Source: an uncultured archaeon | GTDB lineage: Archaea > Asgardarchaeota > Thorarchaeia > Thorarchaeales > Thorarchaeaceae | Length of the DNA: 64,000 bases | Assembly (NCBI GenBank): GCA_964473825.1 | Contig: CAYYQL010000006.1 | Coordinates: 32,001-96,000 of the forward strand | Reading direction: 5' to 3' | Shown here: positions 48,316-57,365 of the stretch, one piece after another | How positions within the stretch are numbered: the first letter of the stretch is position 1 | How the letters are laid out: each line of letters starts with the position of its first letter | Program-made: the position numbers and the translations under genes | Notes under the pieces: generated by a model | What the model was told of the DNA's origin: nothing | Seen by the model: the letters and a program-made list of their open reading frames with translations, nothing else | Database searches by the model: none

Positions 48316-51300
48316 TCAGTGAAAGAAACCATCCAGAACCTCGAAGAACTCTTCCATGTTCACTATGTGAAATCTAGTCCAGTTTCCCTCCTCCAATAGC
48401 TGCAGAATGCTATCTACTACCTCATCACCACTGACACCTCGTGGAAGCTCCCATGAAAGAGAGTCAAGAATCTCATCTGCCTCTCCAGCTCGTCTCACCT
48501 CCAAAGTGAGCGTCCTCCTCTGCAAGTCAGCCTCCAGTCGGGCGGGCATTTCTCCATCCCTCAGGCCCCGCTTCTCAAGTGCGCTTCTGATTCGAGTGCG
48601 CTGAGCTTCTGGATCATAGATCGATTCTTCCGGAATCTCTGACGTGATATTCCTCCAGAGATCATCTAAGACATCTGAGAGCTCTCGGACTACTTCCAAT
48701 TCATAGGTGAATGAGCGGTTCTTCCAGTATTCACCCGTCAGACTAGATAGAGCTGTCCACTTGAGCCAGTCATCTCTGATGGTCAAAGATATCTCCCACC
48801 TCTGCTGCTCAGCTCGAAGATAGGTCCCAGTTTTCAGAGATGAAACCTTGAGTCCACTCTTCCGCAGAATCTTTCTAATGAGTGGGCTCTCGCGGAAGAC
48901 CAAGCTCTCTCGCTGAAGGTCTGATGGAAGAATCACATTGACCGGGTGTATCTTGGAATCAAAGACTATGCTCTCGGATCCGAGTCGGAGGATGATCTCT
49001 CTATCAGTGAAAAGGCCGCAGAAGACGTCCAACATTTCCTCATTCTCTCCCTCAAGAGTTGACTGCCAGCATCTGCCATGTTCCTTCCCCTCTCCCGAAG
49101 CCAGTGGACACTCGTTCTCGTTGTGGGATAGTCGAAAGCTGAGCTCCTTACCACAGGGGAGGGCGTGTAGGTCCGCTACTCTGGCCGGTAATCGGATATC
49201 GGCTGTTTCGGGAATGAAGGTTTCACTGACATTCGCCATGAGTGAGAGATCTCCATATTCGATGCCACTAAACCGATCCCAGAAGACCATTTGCCCAGAC
49301 GATAGTCTCACAGGTAGGCCCTTGCGAGTAAGGGTCAATGTATCGATGAGATTTGGCGTGAAGTGATGCTCTATCATCTGCAGGGACTCATCATCTTCGT
49401 TCTTGATGTCCACTCTGCATCCCTCATCTGTCCATGACAGCTCCACTGACACATGTGTCTGCCCTTGAATCCGACTGAGGACACGTTCAATAGCCTTTTC
49501 GAGTCGATGAGATAGACTGGCTGGAACCAGGATATCAGTAGATCTTCGTGAGATTGGTTCTGAGATAGGATCTTGTCTAGTGGCCCGGAGCATCGCGATT
49601 GAGCCCGTTGGTCTACCAGGGATGAAGTCGAACGAGCTCCTTAGAATCCAGTCTGACTCCTCTGTTTCTCTTGTCCAGAACAACCAATTCTCACTGTTTT
49701 GCTGGAGAGCCAGAGAGATGCGAGACCCTGTATCTATGAGTTCGCGGACACTGTCAGTGTGCTCTGAGATATCACTCTCAGCCCATTGCATCCCATCAGG
49801 ACGGGTAGCCAGCCTTTTGTTGAAGAAGCCCACAAGGACTCTAGCAGGATTCCTCGGGTCTTCCAGTGCAACAATGCTGATTGGTTGATCAGGGTCCTCT
49901 GAGTAGACTATCTGACCAAAGCTGGCAATCCTGGGTTTGGGAGATTCAACAGTCTTAGGATAGGAGTCCCTCGCCTTGGACTTGTTCTGCTTGGGGCCAC
50001 GATAGAGTCGGTGAGCATTAATCTGGCCGAGGAAGATATCGGCAAATGCCTTCTGCCTTTTTGTGCGAGGAGGACGATACATGAGCCTATGCAGTAGAGT
50101 GGGTACATCTGTCGGCTCACGGGAAAGAGAACGTCTTGTTATTGTCAGACCTTCCATAGACTCATGAAACTCATTGAAGAAGTCACGGAGAGCATCTGAG
50201 AAACTCACACCGGGTGAAACCTCTGTGTTGGGCCACAGGTCAGCCAACCAAGGAAGCAGGCTCATGGCCAGCGACCTGATCCGGTCTCGAACCCACGCCT
50301 TCGGTACAGCCTGTTCCTGTGGTTCAGGTATCTCTGTCTTGGCCCGATCATATTCTTCGGTTCTGAACTTGGCAGTCCAGTGTCTGAGAACCGGGATGTG
50401 CAAAAGTGAGCTCTCAAACCCGAAGGACGACTGGGCCACCACGACTCTTATGTCATCAAACATGGGACTTCGAGGAGCAGACTGACGGTGCCACGAGTCC
50501 GGGTCGATGACTCGTTCAGGCGCACATGGGAGGTTCCATATGATCTCATCCAGTTCACCCACAAGGGGAGAGGTATCACGCACAGGAATCAGGCAGTTGG
50601 TCGAGTAGATTGGAGTTCTTCTCTCATACTTCACCGGCCTGGAGAACCAGAGGATGGTTGTCTGTTCGTCATCGGATAATCGGTCTACCAGCTCCGCCAG
50701 CAAGCGGTTCATGCGGTCTCGATACAGTGAGGGCGTTGAGCTTTCAATCGCGTCCCACCCTGACACAACTAGCAGACGGGGCTGTTTCACCTTGTCTTCC
50801 AACACCCGCGACAGGTCAATCATCGGGCCGCCATTGTAGAGATATGCCTGAATCTCAGCGAAGAGTGGTTTGAAATCTATGGAATGGAGGGTTTCCTGCA
50901 CTGCATCTGACAGACCATTCTCGCCCGACCGCAGACGCGCCCTCAACCGAACCTCAGCAAGGGAGGTTGTGGAAAACTCGTCAGCCAAGTCAAGCCAGAC
51001 AACACGGAGGTCAGGAGCGCCCTCTCGAAAGTCATGGATCATCTGCAGACCGTGATGATGTGCTGCAATCCAAGCAGCTGAGAGCCCTGCTGAGGTTGGA
51101 GATGCGGCGGCGATATAGAGAATGAAGCGTCGAGCACTGATGCCAGCACCGATCAGTGGGTCATAGGGCGGTTTCCATTCCGGTGGCACCGGCAACTCTC
51201 TGTAGTCTGGAGTGTGTTCTTGGTTGTGGACCACGAGGGCCATGCGCGGTCTCAGCCCATCCCTCGAAACCTCAAAGGCTATTCGTCGTCCAGACAGGTC

Positions 51301-52899
51301 TTCTGTCAGACATGACTCGAGCGCACTCAAGAGAAGCCCCCGTATCATTCGTCTGCTCTCTCTGCTCTCGTCGCTGGGGTCCATGACGAGTGTGGCACGA
51401 ATCACCCTCGGAGGGCTCTCAAGATGAGCAATCGACCCAAAGACCTCAGACAGGGCCTCCGCATAAGCATCCAGCTGGGTAACGGTGTTCGGTTCAGGGG
51501 TGCCATCAACGACCTGTACCCACTCCTTAGGGCTGAGGGGCCGGAGAGAGAGCCTGAACCGTGGGACCACCCGCTGGACCATCCCGTGCCGCTTCCGAGA
51601 TGACGAAGGCCTTCGTTCAGGCTCCATATACCACTTGAACCCACAGCGGGTCTTGACCTCCACCACCATCAGCGGACGCCAGAGGGTACGGAGACCTGTT
51701 GGTGCGGTCTCCCTTCTGAACACGACCAGGTCTGCCCTCCCCTTGCCCAGCGAGGTCCCCAGAGGTAGCTCTGCGACAATCCTGAGACCTCCTCCGGCCC
51801 CATCACGGTCATCGTCGCGGATGGCTCTCCGTACATCCAGAAACCGGTCGAATCTGTCCGTGATGCGCCTGTGGGCCTGGGCCCCCACCCTCTTCGTCCG
51901 TCGAACGGCACTCTGCCACAGGTGTTTCACATCATCACTGGTCAGGCGTGGTGCCTTCTTCTCGTGCTCGTCCGTCAGGACCTCGGACCCGCCTGACAGG
52001 ATTCGGGCAAACTCCCCGGTCAGTACCGAATCCACCCCGGCCGCCTCCGCCTGCGCCAGCTGCTCCTCGAAGAAGTCCATGCTGAAACGGGGACGGGAAT
52101 ACGCCGCATGGGAGGACACGGTCTCAGGCTCACCCACCCGAACACCGTGGTGTGCCGCGATGTCATCACGGATCTCCCGCAGCAGCCTGACCGTCCCATC
52201 CCTAAAGCCCGACGACCCATGCTCATGCTCGGTGTACAGGTGGTCGAGGTAGGTCCGTGCCCGCAGGATGAAGAGGTTGCTGTACCTCCGTGTGTCCCGC
52301 ACCGACACATCGTGGATGTAGGCATCCGTGTTCAGGACCTGGATGTGCTGGCGCAGGGCGTCCATGAAGTCCAGCTCGGTGAGGAAGCGGTGGACAGGGG
52401 GATAGGCGGGGCAGCGTGCGTCGCCGGGATACCCCTGACCGATGTGCTCCCCGTTCTCGTTGAAGAGGGGCTGCGGCTGCCCCATGGGGTAGTAGATCGC
52501 CCCAGACTCCCGCAGAGCCGCGCCCCCAACGTTGAAGCGCTGGTTCAGGGGGCCCACATCCTCGTACCACCGTCGCGCCCGCACGGTCTCGGTGCAGCCA
52601 TAGAGGGCTGCGTTCTCCTCTAGCATGTCCAGACCATTCTTCCTGATGTTGTGCTCGGCCTTCATCACGTGGCTGAAGTCCGGGGCACCCACCGCCCTCG
52701 AGATCTGGTAGGCCTCCGTGTACCGGTGCAGGATGTCACGGGAACTCTCGTACAGGTGGCGCGTGGTCGCGTTCCGAATCGTGCGCTGCAGGTACACAGC
52801 CGTGGACAGACCTGTCCTCATCGCCCGTGCCAGCACCCTGTTCGGATGCCTCGGGTACGGCCTCGCCCGCGGGCCACGGCTCCCTCTCATTCGCGCCAC
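48316..52899 (-). CDS. 1527-aa multidomain protein with a RecB/Cas4-like PD-(D/E)XK nuclease domain
   Basis: GAQAH, AELPL...GRADLV...VEVKT and QLDAY motifs; the rest is unassigned. Confidence 0.7.
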   Translation of the reverse strand: MARMRGSRGPRARPYPRHPNRVLARAMRTGLSTAVYLQRTIRNATTRHLYESSRDILHRYTEAYQISRAVGAPDFSHVMKAEHNIRKNGLDMLEENAALYGCTETVRARRWYEDVGPLNQRFNVGGAALRESGAIYYPMGQPQPLFNENGEHIGQGYPGDARCPAYPPVHRFLTELDFMDALRQHIQVLNTDAYIHDVSVRDTRRYSNLFILRARTYLDHLYTEHEHGSSGFRDGTVRLLREIRDDIAAHHGVRVGEPETVSSHAAYSRPRFSMDFFEEQLAQAEAAGVDSVLTGEFARILSGGSEVLTDEHEKKAPRLTSDDVKHLWQSAVRRTKRVGAQAHRRITDRFDRFLDVRRAIRDDDRDGAGGGLRIVAELPLGTSLGKGRADLVVFRRETAPTGLRTLWRPLMVVEVKTRCGFKWYMEPERRPSSSRKRHGMVQRVVPRFRLSLRPLSPKEWVQVVDGTPEPNTVTQLDAYAEALSEVFGSIAHLESPPRVIRATLVMDPSDESRESRRMIRGLLLSALESCLTEDLSGRRIAFEVSRDGLRPRMALVVHNQEHTPDYRELPVPPEWKPPYDPLIGAGISARRFILYIAAASPTSAGLSAAWIAAHHHGLQMIHDFREGAPDLRVVWLDLADEFSTTSLAEVRLRARLRSGENGLSDAVQETLHSIDFKPLFAEIQAYLYNGGPMIDLSRVLEDKVKQPRLLVVSGWDAIESSTPSLYRDRMNRLLAELVDRLSDDEQTTILWFSRPVKYERRTPIYSTNCLIPVRDTSPLVGELDEIIWNLPCAPERVIDPDSWHRQSAPRSPMFDDIRVVVAQSSFGFESSLLHIPVLRHWTAKFRTEEYDRAKTEIPEPQEQAVPKAWVRDRIRSLAMSLLPWLADLWPNTEVSPGVSFSDALRDFFNEFHESMEGLTITRRSLSREPTDVPTLLHRLMYRPPRTKRQKAFADIFLGQINAHRLYRGPKQNKSKARDSYPKTVESPKPRIASFGQIVYSEDPDQPISIVALEDPRNPARVLVGFFNKRLATRPDGMQWAESDISEHTDSVRELIDTGSRISLALQQNSENWLFWTRETEESDWILRSSFDFIPGRPTGSIAMLRATRQDPISEPISRRSTDILVPASLSHRLEKAIERVLSRIQGQTHVSVELSWTDEGCRVDIKNEDDESLQMIEHHFTPNLIDTLTLTRKGLPVRLSSGQMVFWDRFSGIEYGDLSLMANVSETFIPETADIRLPARVADLHALPCGKELSFRLSHNENECPLASGEGKEHGRCWQSTLEGENEEMLDVFCGLFTDREIILRLGSESIVFDSKIHPVNVILPSDLQRESLVFRESPLIRKILRKSGLKVSSLKTGTYLRAEQQRWEISLTIRDDWLKWTALSSLTGEYWKNRSFTYELEVVRELSDVLDDLWRNITSEIPEESIYDPEAQRTRIRSALEKRGLRDGEMPARLEADLQRRTLTLEVRRAGEADEILDSLSWELPRGVSGDEVVDSILQLLEEGNWTRFHIVNMEEFFEVLDGFFH

Positions 52900-53099
52900 T
52901 CTCTCTTCGTGCAGAAAACTATCGTATATGCTGTGACCATATCAAATGTTGGCTTAATATTTTTCGATTGATATTTTCAGGCTTAGAGAACGAATAGACT
53001 AATTCAACTAGTTGTTTATTCAAATTGCTTCATAACTTTATATGCTTTCATACTTACTCATTGTAGGAGTTCAAAACGGCCCTGCAAGCACAAGGAGGC

Positions 53100-53122
53100 G
53101 AGTGAACTCCACTTAGTGGACT
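53100..53122. repeat. Left arm of 23-bp imperfect inverted repeat bracketing tnpB-like copy 1
   Basis: GAGTGAACTCCACTTAGTGGACT is the reverse complement of 54911-54933 at 19/23 positions. Confidence 0.7.
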
Positions 53123-53143
53123 ATCAGAACTTTATATGCGAAG

Positions 53144-54829
53144 ATGATGGCGATGGTCAAGTCCCAGGAACCAGTAATCACGGTCAAGATTCCCATCAAC
53201 TGGGAGGAGATGACCGCGAGGGCACAGCAGCGACTGCGCCAGATGGTGGGACGTGACACCAGAGTCATCCGAGCGTTCTTCGGGATCATCGAAGAGAACG
53301 AGGAACAGCTCTTGAGGGGGAGAAACAGGGACCGGATCGATGAGAACAAGCTGCATGCTATGACCATGACTGCCCTGAAGGTGAGCAAGGGACAAGAAGA
53401 ACGTCCTGAGGTAGAGCACGACCTGAAGGAGCAGTTCCCGAGAATATCAGCAAACGAGCTGAGTGAGTGCCGCAAGGTGGCTGTTGCGAATTACGAGAGT
53501 TACCTGGCCTTGAAGAGGAAGCGATGGCGGAAGGCGTCACGACCCAGTGAGGTGAATCGGAGCCAGCGGATACCGAGAAGAATCTTCATTCCGTATCGGG
53601 CTGAGCTGGTTCATCATAAGAGCACTGTGGCAACGTGGTGGCTGGAGCTGCGTGACTCCCTGGACTCGGTCCCTGAACGACGGCGGGTACATGATAGACT
53701 GACGGTGCCGCTGAAGACCTCCCCCTTTCACCTTGAGCAGCTGGACAGGGGAGATAAGAAGTCTGTGCAGGTGTTCACGGACAGACGGGGGAAGTGGTGG
53801 GCAGCGGTTGCTGTGCGATTGCCCGGGGTCGAGGCTGAGTCAGAATTGCCACCTGCAGTGTTGGGAATCGATCTGGGAATCAACCGTGCGGTCTGTACGA
53901 CGTTGGTGACGCCCTCAAAGGTCTCGGAGACCCGGTATTTTGTCCAAGAACATAAGGTCAGACTCATGAAGAAGTATGATGACCGATTTGCCGACCTGCA
54001 GCGGGAACTTCAATTCTGTAAGGCTGACACGGAGCGGCACGATAACGTGGCTGCTAAACTCCGGAGCCTTCGCTCCAAGCGAGAACAGGTCTCCAAGGAG
54101 TACGACAGGCTAACCGTTAGCAGACTCATCTCGTATATCGAGGAGCTGTCACAGAAGTGGATGGTCTACGTGGCAATAGGCCGCGTCAAGGGCATCCGCA
54201 ACACTGCTCGAAAGGGGAACTACAAGGGAAAGAAATTCAGAGGGATGGTGCATCGCTGGAGCTTCGGGCGGGTGACGCGCACGCTAAAACACGGGCTCGA
54301 GCAGCGAGGCTGGAGAACCGAGGGAAGGAAGAGCCGGTTTCATGTTGTCCCTGAGAACTGGACCTCCATCACCTGCTGGAAGTGCGGCCATCGAGGTGTT
54401 CGTCCCAAGCAGTCTCTGTTCATCTGCCATACTTGTGGGTTCAGAACGAACGCTGACAGAAACGGTTCCCTGAATATCGCGCGTCGATTGATCACGCTCA
54501 TTCCGTCACTTACGAATGAGAACGGACTAGGGCGGTGGGCCACTCCTCAGCGGGAGCTCGGCTCAGCCCCGAAGGCTGTGAGGAAGACCCGTTCTTCTAA
54601 GCAGAAGTCCGAACTTGCTCGCAATGGCCCGGCATCAGGCCAGAGCAAGTCCGCGGTGGTTCGCCCCACTCAGATGAGTATCCTTGACTTTGGTGACGAA
54701 GTTGCGGGTGGCGATGATGATAGTGCCGTGGGAAGAGCTGTGGAAACACTCTCTGCTTCCAGCAATGATGCGGCTGAGTTAAAGCAGGAGAAGGAAGCTC
54801 GGGTTACAGGAGGGACCGTGTCCCAATGA
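53144..54829 (+). CDS. tnpB: TnpB/Cas12f-like RuvC nuclease, copy 1 (rearranged catalytic Glu)
   Basis: VLGIDLG (D243), VAIG346, VPE404NWTS, CWKC..CHTC zinc finger, NAD438RNGSLNI. Confidence 0.88.
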   Translation: MMAMVKSQEPVITVKIPINWEEMTARAQQRLRQMVGRDTRVIRAFFGIIEENEEQLLRGRNRDRIDENKLHAMTMTALKVSKGQEERPEVEHDLKEQFPRISANELSECRKVAVANYESYLALKRKRWRKASRPSEVNRSQRIPRRIFIPYRAELVHHKSTVATWWLELRDSLDSVPERRRVHDRLTVPLKTSPFHLEQLDRGDKKSVQVFTDRRGKWWAAVAVRLPGVEAESELPPAVLGIDLGINRAVCTTLVTPSKVSETRYFVQEHKVRLMKKYDDRFADLQRELQFCKADTERHDNVAAKLRSLRSKREQVSKEYDRLTVSRLISYIEELSQKWMVYVAIGRVKGIRNTARKGNYKGKKFRGMVHRWSFGRVTRTLKHGLEQRGWRTEGRKSRFHVVPENWTSITCWKCGHRGVRPKQSLFICHTCGFRTNADRNGSLNIARRLITLIPSLTNENGLGRWATPQRELGSAPKAVRKTRSSKQKSELARNGPASGQSKSAVVRPTQMSILDFGDEVAGGDDDSAVGRAVETLSASSNDAAELKQEKEARVTGGTVSQ

Positions 54830-54955
54830 CGGTGGCCGAAGCTCTTGCTTGCTCTGGGGTGGCTCCCAGAAGTAGCGGTGACGCTGGGCAAGAGAAGAGC
54901 GGAACACAGAAGTCCAACCAGCGGAGTTCACTCAACCCCAGCCATGGGAGTACAC
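54720..54955 (+). ncRNA. omegaRNA/reRNA-like structured RNA of copy 1 (boundaries approximate)
   Basis: Three-way junction 54842-54894 that covaries with 56729-56779; conserved GGAACAC..AAGTC..CACTCA end. Confidence 0.6.
54911..54933. repeat. Right arm of the inverted repeat / element right end
   Basis: AGTCCAACCAGCGGAGTTCACTC; a degenerate homolog lies at 56797-56818. Confidence 0.7.
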
Positions 54956-55049
54956 TTTGTCTTCTGAAGAGCAAAGCCATGCTTTTTCTCTTGCTGCAGT
55001 TGATCGATTCCGCAACTGGACTGTTAGTAAATAGGCTGAGGCGACGACG

Positions 55050-57161
55050 ATGGCGGCTGCTACGAACCCTAGAATCGCGGTAAAGATACCGATTGCATGG
55101 GAGAGCATGTCGTCTTCTTCTCAGCAACACTTGGAACAGATAGTGGGTAGGGACTCCCGAGCAATCAAGAGGCTCCTGGGCATCATTGAACACAATGAGG
55201 ATGATCTACTCTGTGGTAAGAGAAGGAACAAGGTGAGCCTGGGGCAACTCAACAGAATCACCATGACTGCGACGAGGGGAAAGGCCAACCGGACCAAGGT
55301 CCCGCATGACCTGAAGGTTGACTTCCCGCGGGCCTGTGCCAGCGACCTCGCTGAGTGCGTCAAGACAGCTGTCAGTCTGTACAACAGCTACCTTGCCCTC
55401 AGGCAGAAGAGGGGGTGGAGAGCGTCCCGACCCTGTAAGTCGAACTCCTCAGGACGTATCCCTCGATGGATGTTTCATCCCAAGTCCTTCCGATTGGTTC
55501 AGCATGAGAACACGACTGCGCGGTGGTGGATGTCCCTGAGGGACTCGATGGACTCGAACCTTGAGGACAGGTTGCGCCATGACAGGCTCATGATTCCCCT
55601 GAAGATGTCCCCCTTCCATGAGAACCAGCTCCAGCGCGGCGAGGTCAAGGCTGCACAGGTCTTCACTGACCGGCTGGGAAAGTGGTGGGTCACGATATCC
55701 GTTCGTCTGGCTGAGACTCCAGAGGTCAGCGACGAGAACCCACCTGCTGTGCTAGGAATAGACCTGGGGATTGAGAAGGCTGTCTGTACCACTCTTGTCA
55801 CCCCTGAGAAGGTGCGCGAAACGCGCTACTTCACACAGCAGAAGAAGGTCCGTCTTCTGAAGCAGTATGATGACAGAGTCGCAAGTCTGCAGAGCGAGAT
55901 GGACCTGAAAAAGGCTCGCGGCCAACGCTATGATGGTGTTGCAGAGAGACTGCGCTCTCTCAGAACCAAGAGAGAGTCCGTGTCCAAGGAACACGATCGC
56001 GTCCTGCTCCGGGAACTGATCGACTACATCCTGGAGCTGAGTGAGAGGTATACACTCTTTGTCGCGATTGGCAGGCTCAAGAACATCCGAAATAGTGCCA
56101 AACGCGGTGACTGGAAGGGCCGAAGGTTCAGGGGCATGGTCCATTCATGGGCCTTCGCTCGGATAACCGAGGGACTTCGACGACAGCTCGGTCAGCTGGG
56201 TTGGCCTGTTCTGGGTAAGAAGTCGCGGGTCCACGCAGTCCCTGAGGCATGGACATCCATCATCTGTTGGAAGTGCGGGCAGAGAGGAACCAGACCCAGA
56301 CAGAACCTCTTTGTCTGCTCCTGTGGAAACAAGTGCAATGCCGACAAGAACGGAGCCATCAACATCGCCGGACGCCTCATTACGCTCACAGAGTCACTCA
56401 ATTCTGTGAGAGGACTAGGGAAGTGGGCTAGTGCAGCCTCTGCACGACGCACGCAACTGAAAGCCCGGAGGAAGACATCTTCCAAGGGGAGGTCCTCACT
56501 CTCAGGGCGCGATGCCTCATCTCATCGCGGAGAGTCCGCGGCTGTTCACTACGCTCAACCGAGCCTCCTCGACTTCGGTGACGAGGCTGAGGTGAGTGAT
56601 GACGGTCCAGCCGTGGGAAGAAACGTGGAAAGACTCTCTACCGCTGGAACAGATGAACCAGCAGAAAAGGTAGGAGAAGGAAGCCAAGACAGGAAGAGAA
56701 GTGCCACTTCTATGATGCCTGACAAAGACTCCATCCCTCCCCGTCGCCAGACAGGGAATGGTGGCAACACCGGGTGGAGAAAGGGTGGAACACGTAAGTC
56801 AACTAGAGAAGCCCACTCACTCATCAAGGGAGCCGCAACACCACTTCGAATGAATAGGAGAAGAGAAGCATGGATGGTGCGGCCACCGGGAATCGAACCC
56901 GGGCCCCATGCTTGGAAGGCATGGATCCTGACCACTAGACTATGGCCGCTTCACAGAGAGCTGACAGCCCATAGTCGATTTAAGGCTATTGCAGTGGCGC
57001 CGCGAGTTGACAGTCCGGGGAGTGGAAGGTGGATCCTTGCCTTGGAGGTCCGACACTCTTTCAGACCATGCATCTGGCTGAAGGTCATACGAAGACCAGT
57101 TCATCATGTCGAGCAGAACAACAGATATCTGGAGGAGAAGCAGACAAGAGGAGCGCGCTGA
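55050..57161 (+). CDS. tnpB: TnpB/Cas12f-like RuvC nuclease, copy 2 (tail frameshifted; homologous stop at 56713-56715)
   Basis: VLGIDLG, VAIGRLK, VPEAWTS, CWKC..CSC and NADKNGAINI; colinear with copy 1. Confidence 0.88.
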   Translation: MAAATNPRIAVKIPIAWESMSSSSQQHLEQIVGRDSRAIKRLLGIIEHNEDDLLCGKRRNKVSLGQLNRITMTATRGKANRTKVPHDLKVDFPRACASDLAECVKTAVSLYNSYLALRQKRGWRASRPCKSNSSGRIPRWMFHPKSFRLVQHENTTARWWMSLRDSMDSNLEDRLRHDRLMIPLKMSPFHENQLQRGEVKAAQVFTDRLGKWWVTISVRLAETPEVSDENPPAVLGIDLGIEKAVCTTLVTPEKVRETRYFTQQKKVRLLKQYDDRVASLQSEMDLKKARGQRYDGVAERLRSLRTKRESVSKEHDRVLLRELIDYILELSERYTLFVAIGRLKNIRNSAKRGDWKGRRFRGMVHSWAFARITEGLRRQLGQLGWPVLGKKSRVHAVPEAWTSIICWKCGQRGTRPRQNLFVCSCGNKCNADKNGAINIAGRLITLTESLNSVRGLGKWASAASARRTQLKARRKTSSKGRSSLSGRDASSHRGESAAVHYAQPSLLDFGDEAEVSDDGPAVGRNVERLSTAGTDEPAEKVGEGSQDRKRSATSMMPDKDSIPPRRQTGNGGNTGWRKGGTRKSTREAHSLIKGAATPLRMNRRREAWMVRPPGIEPGPHAWKAWILTTRLWPLHRELTAHSRFKAIAVAPRVDSPGSGRWILALEVRHSFRPCIWLKVIRRPVHHVEQNNRYLEEKQTRGAR
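56605..56840 (+). ncRNA. omegaRNA/reRNA-like structured RNA of copy 2 (boundaries approximate)
   Basis: CTCCATCC/GGGTGGAG stem enclosing two hairpins, including GGTG-GCAA-CACC. Confidence 0.6.
56875..56949 (-). tRNA. tRNA-Gly(TCC), intronless
   Basis: GCGGCCA/TGGCCGC acceptor stem, CATGC-CTTCCAA-GCATG, TTCGATT and CCA. Confidence 0.95.
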
Positions 57162-57365
57162 GTACAGCCGCAGGTACCGAACCACGAGATGATGGAGATG
57201 GGACGAGTATTCGAGTTTGACGAGGTGACAGATGCCGACTTGATTGTTGATGAATCTGGTCTTTCCCAAGTGGCAGAAAAGCGCCACTAGGAAGATTGAA
57301 TATCTGGAACGGGATAGAGGGAGAGTAAGAACCGGTTTGGTAGAGGAGACAGCGGAGAGCTGAAC

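Larger units (their letters stand above)
53100..54933 (+). mobile_element. Putative non-autonomous tnpB-only element bounded by inverted repeats
   Basis: IR pair plus TnpB-like ORF plus structured 3' RNA; no transposase and no clear target-site duplication. Confidence 0.5.

Noticed and set aside
56786-56795. TGGAACACGT in the copy 2 scaffold matching the 36.7/60.2 kb palindrome
   Set aside because: Only 10 nt, in the scaffold rather than the guide, and not conserved in copy 1.
52900-57360. CRISPR array or cas adaptation genes near the TnpB/Cas12f-like genes
   Set aside because: No regularly spaced repeats and no cas1/cas2 seen.
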